From NCBI RefSeq assembly GCF_006345805.1, contig NC_043014.1, forward strand, positions 6,696,001 through 6,760,000: a stretch of DNA of 64,000 bases, given 5' to 3'. The stretch's first letter is position 1; each line of letters begins with the position of its first letter. The DNA comes from Octopus sinensis (lineage: Eukaryota). This document shows, one piece after another, positions 34,519 to 47,235 of this stretch. A program made the position numbers and the translations under genes. The notes below the pieces were generated by a model that was not told the origin of the DNA, ran no database searches, and worked only from the letters and a program-made list of their open reading frames with translations.

Positions 34519-34985
34519 GGCTTCTGTGCCGGTGGCACATAAAAAGCACCATCCGAACGTGACCGATGCCAACCCTGCCTCGAATGGCTTCTGTGCCGGT
34601 GGCACATAAAAAGCATCGTCCGAACGTGACCGATGCCAACCCTGCCTCGAATGGCTTCTGTGCCAGTGGCACATAAAAAGCATCGTCCGAACGTGACCGA
34701 TGCCAACCCTGCCTCGAATGGCTTCTGTGCCGGTGGCACATAAAAAGCATCGTCCGAACGTGACCGATGCCAACCCTGCCTCGAATGGCTTCTGTGCCGG
34801 TGGCACATAAAAAGCACCATCCGAACGTGGCCGATGCCAACCCTGCCTCGAATGGCTTCTGTGCCGGTGGCACATAAAAAGCACCATCCGAACGTGACCG
34901 ATGCCAACCCTGCCTTGACTGGCTTCTGTGCCGGTGGCACATAAAAAAGCACCAACCGATCGTGGCCGATGCCAGTCCCCTCTGG
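34519..34985 (+). repeat. 7 x 67-bp tandem array inside an RTE 3'UTR (element ~34490-35175)
   Basis: Unit starts at 34519, 34586, 34653, 34720, 34787, 34854, 34921. Confidence 0.9.
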
Positions 34986-35228
34986 CACCTGTGCAGGTGG
35001 CACGTAAAAAGCACCTACTACACTCGCGGAGTGGTTGGCGTTAGGAAGGGCATCCAGCCATAGAAACACTGCCAGATCAGACTGGAGCCTGGTGCAGCCC
35101 CTGGCTCCCCAGACCCCGGTCGAACCATCCAACCCGTGCTAGCGCGGAAAACGGATGTTAAACGATGATGATGATGGTGATTTTATTTAATGCTTATATA
35201 TGTAATTTTTTGTCTTTACCTTTTTCAG

Positions 35229-35303
35229 CATTTGGTAAGATTGGTATTGGCATATGCTATGATATCAGATTTGCAGAAATGGCACAGTTGTATGCTAAGC
35301 GGG
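35229..35303 (+). CDS. NIT2: NIT2 coding exon 6 (75 nt; catalytic Cys in GICYDIRF)
   Basis: TTTTCAG acceptor; FGKIGIGICYDIRFAEMAQLYAKR; GTATGT donor. Confidence 0.95.
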
Positions 35304-35934
35304 GTATGTACAATTTACGGGTAACACTAGATCTTGATTTTAGGCATTCACCACCAAACCTATCTATATCCAACTAAAGCTCTTACTTGTTTATAGATGT
35401 GCTATTGTCCTTTTCCTGCTTCTTATGTTTTGACAATTTCCGTTCATTGTGTTTTTTACCTTTGATATATATATATATATATGTATAGGGCGGCGAGCTG
35501 GCAGAATCGTTAGCATGCCGGGCGAAATGCTTCGCGGTATTTCGTCTGTCGTTACGTTCTGAGTTCAAATTCCGCCAAGGTCGACTTTGCCTTTCATCAT
35601 TTTGGGGTCGATAAATAAACTACCTGTTTCGCACTGGGGTCGATATAATCGACTTAATCCGTTTGTCTGTCCTTGTTTGTCCCTTCTATGTTTAGCCCCT
35701 TGTGGGTAGTAAAGAAATATATATATATATATATATATAGATATATATATATTTATATTCTTTTTTTCTCTCCTTGTTTCTTTTCTGTGTATCTTTCTGT
35801 CAAAGAGCGAAGAGCGTAGGCTCGAAACGTAAAAGACTTGTTTTATCTCTATTCCTGAGCGCCATACTAATACATTTGTTTGTTTGTACTCCACCTGCCT
35901 TCGTTTTTTGTTTATTTTCGTAAACCTTCCCCAT

Positions 35935-35965
<31 letters not shown>

Positions 35966-36084
35966 ATGTTCCACTTGACTGGCTCCCATGCCAGTGACAT
36001 GTAAAAAGCACCATTCAAGCATGGCCAATGCCAGTACCACCTGACTGGCCCTCATGGCACTTAAAAAGCACCCACTACACTCTC

Positions 36085-36222
36085 TAATGTTCAGGTCATT
36101 TGGGCAATGCTGGCGGTATATTCTCCATATCGTATAAATGATGTACCACTCGCAGTGGCGCTGGAGAGAGTAGAGTTTCAAGGCTTTAAGGTGGTCCCAG
36201 TAATTGAGATCAGTCATACCTT
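36085..36222 (-). mobile_element. CR1 ORF2 C-terminal fragment
   Basis: LNYWDHLKALKLYSLQRHCEWYIIYTIWRI resembles the CR1 LxYxxRLxxLxLYSLxRRR motif. Confidence 0.6.
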
Positions 36223-37288
36223 CAACTCATTTAGTGAGTACCCTCTGGGGTGATTCAATCCTCGAGATGTATGTATATATGTATATGTATGTATGTATGT
36301 ACATATATATGTCAGGTCACTTTCGAGTGCTACTGGTAACATGTAACCCAGTACAACCTGTTGCATGGTCAGGTCGTCAGCGACTAAACCGGCAACCCCA
36401 CCAAGCTTGCTTGGTGAGGAGGGTGTTTATTGGACACCCTGCGAGATGAAAAACAAAACCCGTCAAAGGGCGGAAGAACTCTTGAGAGTCAATGGCCATC
36501 CAATAAATGTATCTTGCGCGGGGACATAGAAATAATCGGACTGAATACCCGATTGCGTGGTTAAACTATTGGGAGTGAAGGACTCCTAGTCTTTCTTAGG
36601 GCATTCTTCTAGGAGAAGGTAACTCAGGTAACTGGGATAACTCCGACATAAAACCTGCGGCTCAGTGGTTACCGATGATGTTGATTGTTCTTCTTTTCGG
36701 ATTATAGTTGCTGTTGCTTAGTGAGTGAGATTGACACAGTGCACAGCCTTTCCTCACTTTAAAAAAAAATCTTCTTGCACAGACATTGCACGATAACAAC
36801 ATTGATTAAGCTTCGTGCAATGGCCATACTCGATAATGAGGGGGCAGCCACCATATATGTAGTAGGTGCAGGCGTGGCTGTATGGTAAGAAGTTTGCTTC
36901 CCAACCACATGGTTCCGGGTTCAGTCCCACTGCGTGGCACCATGAGCAAGTGTGCCTTCTGCCATAACCCTTTTTTATTAATATGTATGCATGTGATGTG
37001 TTACTCCCTTCTTGCTTTGACTTCACATGATAATTGTGGATGAGTGTCAGCATCATGCAAGCAGTGCCCTTCATTTCTAATCATCAGTGAAAACATGTCT
37101 TGTTATGGTGAAATATTCCCTTACATGGCCCCCTACACTAATGCTTTCTACATGGCACCATCACCAGTGCTTTCTACGTATTATCTCATAGCTTTGAGAT
37201 TTCCATGCTGTAATTGCTTATTTGTAAAAGGACATTGTAGGGTTGGTGTGAGAGGCTGGATCTGACTGGTTTGAACATAAAACAGAAA

Positions 37289-37860
37289 GGTGGCGAGCTG
37301 GCAGAAACGTTAGCATGCCGGGCGAAATGCTCAGCAGTATTTCGTCCACCACTGCGTTCTGAGTTCAAATTCCACCGAGGTCAACAAAATAAGTACCAGT
37401 TACGCACTGGTGTCGATGTAATCAACTTAATCCCTTTGTCTGTCCTTGTTTGTCCTCTCTGTGTTTAGCCCCTTGTGGGTAGTAAAGAAATAGGTATTTT
37501 ATGTGCCGCTACGTTCTGAGTTCAAATTCTGCCGAGGTCAACTTTGCCTTTCATCCTTTCGGGGGTCAATTAAATAAATACCAGTTATGCACCGGGGTCG
37601 ATATAATCGACTTAATCCGTCTGTCTGTCCTTGTTTGTCCCCTCTGTGTTTAGCCCCTTGTGGGTAGTAAAAAAATAGGTATTTCGTCTGCCATTACGTT
37701 CTGAGTTCAAATTCTGCCAAGGTCGACTCTGCCTTTCATCCTTTCGGGGTCAATTAAATTAAGTACCAGTTACGCACTGGGGTCGATGTAATCGACTTAA
37801 TCCGTTTGTCTGTCCTTGTTTGTCCCTTCTGTGTTTAGCCCCTTGTGGTAGTAAAAAATA
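37289..37860 (+). repeat. SINE family B multimer (head plus 3 units)
   Basis: Same unit and GAAATAGGTATTT junctions (~37489, ~37676). Confidence 0.85.
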
Positions 37861-38045
37861 TTAAAAAATAAAACAGAATATTTAGGCCAGATACAGTTAG
37901 TTTCAGTGTTAAAGGGTTAAATCGTTTGTTTATTAAATGGTGCATATGTGTATATATGTGTGAGTGTGCGCATTTGTGCATAGTGTGTATGATGATGATG
38001 ATGATGATGGTACAGTTATTGTTCTTTTTCTCTGTTTGTGTCCAG

Positions 38046-38223
38046 GCTGCAAGCTTCTTGTGTACCCAGGGGCTTTCAACATGACCACCGGTCCGGCCCA
38101 CTGGGAGTTGCTGCAGCGAAGTCGTGCTTTGGATAACCAGTTGTATGTAGCCACAGTCTCACCAGCACGTTCTGAAACAGCATCGTACACTGCATGGGGC
38201 CACAGCACCGTTGCTAGCCCTTG
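38046..38223 (+). CDS. NIT2: NIT2 coding exon 7 (178 nt)
   Basis: TCCAG acceptor; [31 protein letters not shown]...WGHSTVASP; GTAAGT donor. Confidence 0.95.
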
Positions 38224-39059
38224 GTAAGTCTAACCCCATTGTCATAACTGCTTGGTAATTGGTCAGCTATTGGTTGAAGTCATTTTAAAACCCAAACGCC
38301 TTCATTGCATGATGTCACCACTGAATGTCTAATTAACTGCTGTATTCATCATGTAATAATATGTCCTCAAGGATGATGATGATGTAGCCATTTAAGAAAA
38401 AGAAGCAGGTGATGGCTCTATGCTAGATGTTGGAAGGTTAAGAGTATGTTAGAAGGACAAGTGCGGGTGTCTTTGTAGAGAGAAGAAATGTGGATACCCT
38501 GCATTATAAAAGCAAGGGTGAGAATAGCTAGGAAGAAAATGGTGGTGATGGGGTACCAGAGCAAAACCTTAAGGAACAAGGAGGTCCTTTATAGCAGGCT
38601 CATTATGTGTAGTAAGTCAGTCCCCCTGGACATCACAGTGCTAGGACCCATAGGGCTAGTTACCATGACTTATAAATGTCTAAGATCACACCATTATCCT
38701 GGTATGGGATGCCATCCCATTGCAGGGTTACCCAGCCGAGTGGACTGGAGCAATGTAAAATGAAGTGCTTCTCTCAAAAACACCATACACCACCCAGTCC
38801 AGCAATTGAAACCATGGTTTTGTGATAATGAATGCAGCACCTTACCGACTGGGCCATGCGTTTTCACCAATGATGTATAGAGGTTTTACTTCATAATTAG
38901 CGAGTTGTTTCCCTTGGATCAGCAGCTGACTGTTTCCAGCAATAATCCAGGGTGTGGCAGAAAGGTTGCCCCGATTTCAAAATCCCTCTCACTTAACTCC
39001 TCTACAACCATTATCTTGTAGGGATGCATGGGGAGGGGTCATACATATCATCATCTGGA

Positions 39060-39577
39060 AAAGATTTTCTAACTAGAAAGGGCAACTATATGGGAAATTA
39101 CCACCTGTGTCATCTCTTGTGAAAGGTAGGAGAGTCCAGTTTGCTGGACATTGTTGTAGAGCTGAAAAAGAAGTAATTTCTACTCTGCTCCTCTGGAAGC
39201 CATCTACTCGCAATACCAGAGGGCACACACTCTCCTACCCTAATGTAATCTCCAGGGATACAGGCATCCAGCAACAGGACCTCCGTAATGCTATGATGGA
39301 CCGTGAAGTCTGGTGTAACATAGTAAATTCCATTGTCTCGACCAGAAGAGTCCAGTTTGCTGGACATTGTTGTAGAGCTGAAAACGAGGCAATTTCTACT
39401 CTTCTCCTCTGGAAGCCATCTACTCGCAATACCAGAGGGCACACACTCTCCTACCCTGATGTAATCTCCAGGGATACAGGCATCCAGCAACAGGACCTCC
39501 GTAATGCCATGATGGACCATGAAGTCTGGCATAGCATGGTAAATTCCATTGTCTCGACCACAGTCGAACAATGATGA
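39060..39577 (+). mobile_element. RTE-like LINE 3' end with an in-frame 216-bp tandem duplication
   Basis: ORF 39107-39574 contains VQFAGHCCRAE...AMMD twice (starts 39132 and 39348); short GAT tail. Confidence 0.75.
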
Positions 39578-39910
39578 TGTGATGAAGATTCTGCAGACAC
39601 TTTGATCGGACATGTGTAAGGCAGATGTATGTTTTCGTGTAGAACGTTTCGGAGAGTGTTGTATTGAAGCTGCCACAGCTACGACATTTTCTGGCCAGTA
39701 AGTGGTCCTAGGGCGGCCAGGACTTTTCCTGTTTAAAGCCGATGATGTTTGTTTGAAGTTGGGAACCCACCAACAAATTGTTTTTCCATCCTGTACGGAG
39801 TTCATAACGACGAAGCGCAAAGTTTCTTCGTAAGGAACGTTGTATTGTTACGACGGATTCAGTGTTCTTAGCAACAACAAATGCACAATGCCCTCCACTC
39901 CAGGCCATGG
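39578..39910 (-). mobile_element. Tc1/mariner transposase N-terminal (HTH) remnant
   Basis: MAWSGGHCAFVV..., KTICWWVPNFKQTSS...KSPGRPRT..PENV..V.ASIQHSPKRSTRKH.SALHMSDQSV, with frameshifts; truncated where the LINE abuts. Confidence 0.7.
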
Positions 39911-40534
39911 TGGGTCCTGCCAGAGACAGAAAAGCAAATCACATTTAATGAACTTTAGAGAAATACAAAGTTCTTTCATGCATCTTCATCTGTTTGATTT
40001 ATGCTTCACTTCAGTCTTATCACCAAGTAATTTGGTTAATGAATTTGTTATATTTTTTTCATTACAAACACAGAATTAAAGTATCTATGTGTGTGTATTA
40101 TATATATATATATATAGTAAAAGCACCATCCGCTCATGTCCGTTGCCAGCCTCGCCTGGCCCCCGTGCCGGTGGCACGTAAAAGCACCATCCGTTCGTGT
40201 CCGTTGCCAGCCTCGCCTGGCCCCCGTGCCGGTGGTACGTAAAAGTACCATACGTTCATGGCCGTTTGCCAGCTCCGTCTGGCACCTGTGTGGGTGGCAC
40301 ATAAAAAGTACCCACTACACTCACGGAGTGGTTGGCGTTAGGAAGGGCATCCAGCTGTAGAAACACTGCCAGATCTGACTGGGCCTGGTGCAGCCTTCCG
40401 GCTTCACAGACCCCAGTTGAACCGTCCAACCCATGCTAGCATGGAAAACGGATGCTAAATGATGATGATGATATATATATATGCACACGCGCAAAAATAT
40501 CTATGTATGTACATATTATCTATTCCATTTACAG

Positions 40535-40590
40535 GGGTAAAGTGATATCAACCACCGAGCATGATGAAGATATTGTATATGCTGAACTTG
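40535..40590 (+). CDS. NIT2: NIT2 coding exon 8 (56 nt)
   Basis: TACAG acceptor; GKVISTTEHDEDIVYAEL; GTAAGT donor; phases 2 and 1 fit the neighbouring exons. Confidence 0.92.
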
Positions 40591-40697
40591 GTAAGTGACA
40601 CCCTCTGAAACGCTTATAACTTGGGGTACTTTTCGTTGCTACTCCTCTTCGCTGTTTCTCCTTTTCCTTCTCCTCCTCCTGACTACTACTGTTTCTA

Positions 40698-41080
40698 GTG
40701 GAGGCGCAATGGCCAAGTGGTTAGGGCAGCGGACTCGCGGTCGTAGGATCGCAGTTTCGATTCCCAGACCGGGTGTTGTGAGTGTTTATTGAGCGAAAAA
40801 CACCTAAAGCTCCACGAGGCTCTGGCAGGGGATGGTGGTGATCCCTGCTGTACTCTTTCACCACAACTTTCTCTCACTCTTACTTCCTGTTTCTGTTGTA
40901 CCTGTATTTCAAGGGGCCGGCCTTGTCACTCTCTGTGTCACGCTGAATATCCCCGAGAACTACGTTAAGGCTACACTCGTCTGTGGAGTGCTCAGCCACT
41001 TACACGCTAATTTCACAAGCATGCTGTTCCATTGATTCGGATCAACCGGAACCCTCGTCATTGTAACCGACGGAGTGCTT
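40698..41080 (+). mobile_element. tRNA-derived SINE family C in the last NIT2 intron
   Basis: GGAGGCGCAATGGCCAAGTGGTTAGGGCAGCGG head. Confidence 0.75.
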
Positions 41081-41166
41081 CCATTCCACTACTGTTTCTC
41101 CCTCTCCTCCTCCTACTGATACCACTCCCTATATTTTTTGTTTTTGTTTTTGTGTGATCTTTGCAG

Positions 41167-41258
41167 ATATGGACTACGTGGACGAAGTGCGTGACCAAAT
41201 ACCGCTTCGGAATCAGAAAAGGAAAGATCTCTACGACGTCTCTGACCTTGCAGAATAA
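41167..41258 (+). CDS. NIT2: NIT2 coding exon 9 (92 nt incl. TAA). Joined CDS is 828 nt = 275 aa omega-amidase NIT2
   Basis: TTGCAG acceptor; DMDYVDEVRDQIPLRNQKRKDLY...*. All nine exons join in frame and the Glu-Lys-Cys triad is intact. Confidence 0.92.
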
Positions 41259-43800
41259 TTGCAATTTTGCTAATTGGAACAACGAACAGTGCTGTGTGAT
41301 ATTAACTATTCTCTATCTTTTAGTCAAATTACAATTGTCATTATTATTATTATTATTATTATTGTGGGGAGTTGGCAGAATGGTTAGCACATTGGGAAAA
41401 CTGCTTAGCGACATTTTGTCCATTTTTACGTTCAGAGTTCAAACTCCGCTGGGGTCAACTTTGCCTTTCATTCTTTCAGGGTCAACAAAGTCCCACTCGA
41501 GTACTAGGGTCAATGTAAATGATTTACTCCTTCTTCTGAAATTGCTGGCCTTGTACCAAAATTTGAGACCATTATTATTATTGTTATTATTATTATTATG
41601 TTACAATTAATAATAATTATAAATGATAGTAGATTAGTGGAATTATTAGAGCCTGGGGTTGGGGTGGATAATACTTTGCAGTATTTGTTCTGATTCTATA
41701 CACTTTGAGTTCAAATCCTACTGGCACCAATTTAGCCTCTGATCCCTCCAGGGTCAATAAAATAAAATACCCATTGTATACAGTGGGGAGGGCAGTGATA
41801 TCAACTATGTCCTTCCCCCGAAAAACACTGACCTTGTGTTTAAATTAGAAACAATTATTATGAATAACTGAGTGTGAAATGCTACTGAAGTCACGTTTGC
41901 CCTTCATACTTAAGTGGTTGATAGAATACCAGTCACGTACTGGGGCAGATGTTATCATCAACAAATCTCACTCCCACCCCACCAAATAAAAGTCGCTGTC
42001 CTTTGACCTAAATTAACCCATTTGCGCCCAAATTTTTTTCTAGTGAATGAAATTGCCTGATAATTCATAGATACTATTGTTTTGACCTAAATAATGGCTG
42101 AAAAAAATTTCTTTGAAATCCGTTTGACACAGACCGCATACTCGTTAAGAACATGTTTCATTCTTTGATACAGATCATGCACAAATCACAATTTGTATCA
42201 AGTATTTGTTTTATACCCTTATAAATTAAGGGTCAGTTTAAACGGAAGATCAGCATGAAGGGGTTAAAAAGCAATTATTTGAGGGCAGCGAAATTAGCAA
42301 AAGTGACCCTCTAACAAAATATCTTGTATTTTATTCAGCTCTTTACATTCTGAGTTCAAATTTGCCTTTCGTCCCCCTGGGGTCCATTAACCCTTTTTGT
42401 TACCATATTCTGGTTGAAATACACTGCCTTTGCCTCAATTGATTTCTAAAATATTGACAAATTTATTCAAATAACTATTTCTTTACTACCTACAAGGGGC
42501 TAAACACAGAGGGGACAAACGGATTAAGTCGATTACATCGACCCCAGTGCCTAACTGGTACTTATTTAATCAACCCCGAAAGGATGAAAGGCAAAGTCGA
42601 CCTCGGCGGGATTTGAACTCAGAACGTAGCGGCAGACAAAATACCGCTAAGCATTTCACCTGGCGTGCTAACGTTTCTGCCAGCTCGCCACCTTATTCAA
42701 ACAACTGTCCTCGTTAACCCTGGAGCAATCAAATTATTATCAAATGCAATGCTTAATTACTCGCATTGCTTTGAATTAATCCGGCATTCATTATCTTGTA
42801 CTTTCAAGATTTCAATGATGTGATTGTATATTTTTAAGAATGGCATTGTAGGGTAGGTGTGAGAGGCTGGATATGGCCAGTTTGAACATAAAACCAATAG
42901 ACTATTTGGGCCACATGTGTCCAGTTTAACCCTTTAACATCCAAATTACTTCATCAAATGTAATTAATTTCAATTAATCACTGCTTTATCTCATCAATAA
43001 TGTGATTGTTTATTTTTAAAACGAGTTGGTGTTAGAGTGCAGATTTGGCCGATTCAAAGATAAAACAGAATATTTTGGCCACTGCAAATGCTAAAGGGTC
43101 AAGCTAGTGTAAGTTTGACCGTTTTCATTTCGATCTCTTTTAAAGCAAAAGAGACTGACAGAATAAGTACTGGGCTTCCAAACAATAGGTCCTGGGGTCA
43201 ATTTGCTTGACAAAAGGCAGTGCTCCAGTATGGCCACAGTCACATGACTGAAACAAGTAAAAGAGAGTAAAAAGAGTATATATATATATACACACACACA
43301 GGTGTGCATTACTGGTACCATAAATCTCTGCTCACTCACACATACAGTTTGTATCATGGAACCAATCTCAGACAGCTTGGTACCAAAAGGGTTAAACGAA
43401 GTGCCGGTCAAGTACTCTAAGATCAATAGAACATTCTAAACCCTTTCCCCTCAAAATTGCTGGCCTTAATCAGAAACCATTTTTTTGTTATCTTTGTAAA
43501 TTTCCCTTTTTTTATTCTGTGGGTTTTCTACTTTATTGGGGAATATTTTTTAATTCTAAGAAAATATAAAGTAATATTTACAATAAACTCGAAGCCATGT
43601 TTTGTTTTTCTTAACTCTAAAGTTCTTCTTATAATTCTGTAAAACCAAATGTGTGTAGATACCAACTTAGCTAATCCACTCGCAAGTGGATTTGGTCAGC
43701 CCAGGGCTATAGTAGAAGACACCTGCCCATGTGTTTTCTTCTATAGCCCTGATCCAACCAAAACCCTGTGAGTTGATTTGGTATCCAGAAACTGAAATAA

Positions 43801-46093
43801 GCCCATTTTGGGCAAGTGTCTTCTACTATAGCCTCGAGCTGACCAAAGCCTTCTGAGTGGATTTGGTAGACAGAAACTGAAAGAAGCCCATTTTGGGCAA
43901 GTGTCTTCTACTATAGCCTCGACCTGACCAAAGCCTTCTGAGTGGATTTGGTAGACAGAAACTGAAAGAAGCCCATTTTGGGCAAGTGTCTTCTACTATA
44001 GCTCGAGCTGACCAAAGCCTTCTGAGTGGATTTGGTAGACAGAAACTGAAAGAAGCCCATTTTGGGCAAGTGTCTTCTACTTAGCCTCGAGCTGACCAAA
44101 GCCTTCTGAGTGGATTTGGTAGACAGAAACTGAAAGAAGCCCATTTTGGGCAAGTGTCTTCTACTATAGCCTCGAGCTGACCAAAGCCTTCTGAGTGGAT
44201 TTGGTAGACAGAAACTGAAAGAAGCCCGTTTTGGGCAAGTGTCTTCTACTATAGCCTCGAGCTGACCAAAGCCTTCTGAGTGGATTTGGTAGACAGAAAC
44301 TGAAAGAAGCCCGTTTTGGGCAAGTGTCTTCTACTATAGCCTCGAGCTGACCAAAGCCTTCTGAGTGGATTTGGTAGACAGAAACTGAAAGAAGCCCGTT
44401 TTGGGCAAGTGTCTTCTACTATAGCCTCGAGCTGACCAAAGCCTTCTGAGTGGATTTGGTAGACAGAAACTGAAAGAAGCCCGTTTTGGGCAAGTGTCTT
44501 CTACTATAGCCTCGAGCTGACCAAAGCCTTCTGAGTGGATTTGGTAGACAGAAACTGAAAGAAGCCCGTTTTGGGCAAGTGTCTTCTACTATAGCCTCGA
44601 GCTGACCAAAGCCTTCTGAGTGGATTTGGTAGACAGAAACTGAAAGAAGCCCGTTTTGGGCAAGTGACTTCTACTATAGCCTCGAGCTGACCAAAGCCTT
44701 CTGAGTGGATTTGGTAGACAGAAACTGAAAGAAGCCCATTTTGGGCAAGTGTCTTCTACTATAGCCTCGAGCTGACCAAAGCCTTCTGAGTGGATTTGGT
44801 AGACAGAAACTGAAAGAAGCCCATTTTGGGCAAGTGTCTTCTACTATAGCCTCGAGCTGACCAAAGCCTTCTGAGTGGATTTGGTAGACAGAAACTGAAA
44901 GGAGCCCATTTTGGGCAAGTGTCTTCTACTATAGCCTCGAGCTGACCAAAGCCTTCTGAGTGGATTTGGTAGACAGAAACTGAAAGAAGCCCGTTTTGGG
45001 CAAGTGTCTTCTACTATAGCCTCGAGCTGACCAAAGCCTTCTGAGTGGATTTGGTAGACAGAAACTGAAAGAAGCCCGTTTTGGGCAAGTGTCTTCTACT
45101 ATAGCCTCGAGCTGACCAAAGCCTTCTGAGTGGATTTGGTAGACAGAAACTGAAAGAAGCCCGTTTTGGGCAAGTGTCTTCTACTATAGCCTCGAGCTGA
45201 CCAAAGCCTTCTGAGTGGATTTGGTAGACAGAAACTGAAAGAAGCCCGTTTTGGGCAAGTGTCTTCTACTATAGCCTCGGGTTGACCAAAGCCTTCTGAG
45301 TGGATTTGGTAGACAGAAACTGAAAGAAGCCCGTTTTGGGCAAGTGTCTTCTACTATAGCCTCGAGCTGACCAAAGCCTTCTGAGTGGATTTGGTAGACA
45401 GAAACTGAAAGAAGCCCGTTTTGGGCAAGTGTCTTCTACTATAGCCTCGAGCTGACCAAAGCCTTCTGAGTGGATTTGGTAGACAGAAACTGAAAGAAGC
45501 CCGTTTTGGGCAAGTGTCTTCTACTATAGCCTCGAGCTGACCAAAGCCTTCTGAGTGGATTTGGTAGACAGAAACTGAAAGAAGCCCATTTTGGGCAAGT
45601 GTCTTCTACTATAGCCTCGAGCTGACCAAAGCCTTCTGAGTGGATTTGGTAGACAGAAACTGAAAGAAGCCCATTTTGGGCAAGTGTCTTCTACTATAGC
45701 CTCGAGCTGACCAAAGCCTTCTGAGTGGATTTGGTAGACAGAAACTGAAAGAAGCCCGTTTTGGGCAAGTGACTTCTACTATAGCCTCGAGCTGACCAAA
45801 GCCTTCTGAGTGGATTTGGTAGACAGAAACTGAAAGAAGCCCATTTTGGGCAAGTGTCTTCTACTATAGCCTCGAGCTGACCAAAGCCTTCTGAGTGGAT
45901 TTGGTAGACAGAAACTGAAAGAAGCCCGTTTTGGGCAAGTGTCTTCTACTATAGCCTCGGGCTGACCAAAGCCTTCTGAGTGGATTTGGTAGACAGAAAC
46001 TGAAAGAAGCCCATTTTGGGCAAGTGTCTTCTACTATAGCCTCGGGTTGACCAAAGCCTTCTGAGTGGATTTGGTAGACAGAAACTGAAAGGA
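43801..46093 (+). repeat. 27 x 85-bp minisatellite derived from an internal segment of SINE family A
   Basis: Unit GCCC(A/G)TTTTGGGCAAGTGTCTTCTACTATAGCCTCGAGCTGACCAAAGCCTTCTGAGTGGATTTGGTAGACAGAAACTGAAAGAA; period 85 (two 84s); continues into a normal SINE 3' half to ~46310. Confidence 0.95.
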
Positions 46094-46794
46094 GCCCGTC
46101 GTATATATGTATATGTGTTTGTGTTTGTCCCCTCAACATTGCTTGACATTGGTGTGTTTAGGTCCCTGTAACGTAGCGGTTCGGCAAAAGAGACCAACAG
46201 AATAAGTACTAGGCTTCCAAACAATAAGTCCTGGGGTCGATTTGCTCGACTAAAAGCGGTGCTCCAGCATGGCCACAGTCACATGACAAACAAGTAAAAG
46301 AGAGTAAAAAGAGTATATATATATATACATACACTTTTGTAATAATACCTACATGTTTTGAAGGAAATAATCTTTTCCCCACTTTAGAGACATCAGATCT
46401 TTCAAGATCCTTGAAGATGATGAAAACAACCTGATGTTTCTAAAGTGTCAAAATTTGATAAAATTGTCCACAGAAGGAATGTAAAAAAATTTTCTTTTTT
46501 AATGGTTGAACTTGTGGAAGTCGGATGTTTGTAGAAAGAAAAGCAAAATTTGAGCAGAGCAAGGAAACAGCAGAACACAACACCGAGACGCACAGACAAA
46601 GAAATAAACAAAACAAAAACCATTGTGTGTCCATTATATTTTATTTTTATTTCTTTATTTTTTTTTTTATTTTGCAATGAATTTTATTCCCTTAAAAATA
46701 CAACTATTTGGATTTTGGATGCCTGTTGTGGTGCTGAGTGGACAGAACTGAACTAAAACATCTTAAGAATGGTCAGTGTTTCCCTGGGGACTAT

Positions 46795-46983
46795 AATATA
46801 TGTGTGTGAGAGGAATATATATGTATGTGTATATATATACATACACACGTTTATAAGTATATATATATACTTATATGTGTATATATCTTTGTACATATAT
46901 ATATATATACTTATATGTTTATATATATGTATATATACTTATGTTTGTGTATATATATATACGTATATATATTTATGTATGTT

Positions 46984-47024
<41 letters not shown>

Positions 47025-47235
47025 TTATATATTATATACATATATTTATATATGTGTTTATATATTATATACACACATATATATATGTATATTTGTGTGT
47101 ATATATATGTATGTATATATACATATATATATATATGTATGTTTGTATGTATATATATATATATCTATGTATACCTATATATATGTAAAAATATATACGT
47201 ATATATATTTATATGTGTATGTATATATATATCAG
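46795..47235. repeat. (TA)n/(TG)n microsatellite block
   Basis: Directly visible. Confidence 0.95.

Noticed and set aside
34455-35132. Three overlapping 141-225-aa minus-strand ORFs
   Set aside because: Artefact of the 67-bp tandem repeat cycling through frames.
43801-46093. 85-bp array as a CRISPR-like locus
   Set aside because: Units are contiguous with no unique spacers, derive from a SINE, and the context is an intron-containing animal genome with no cas genes.
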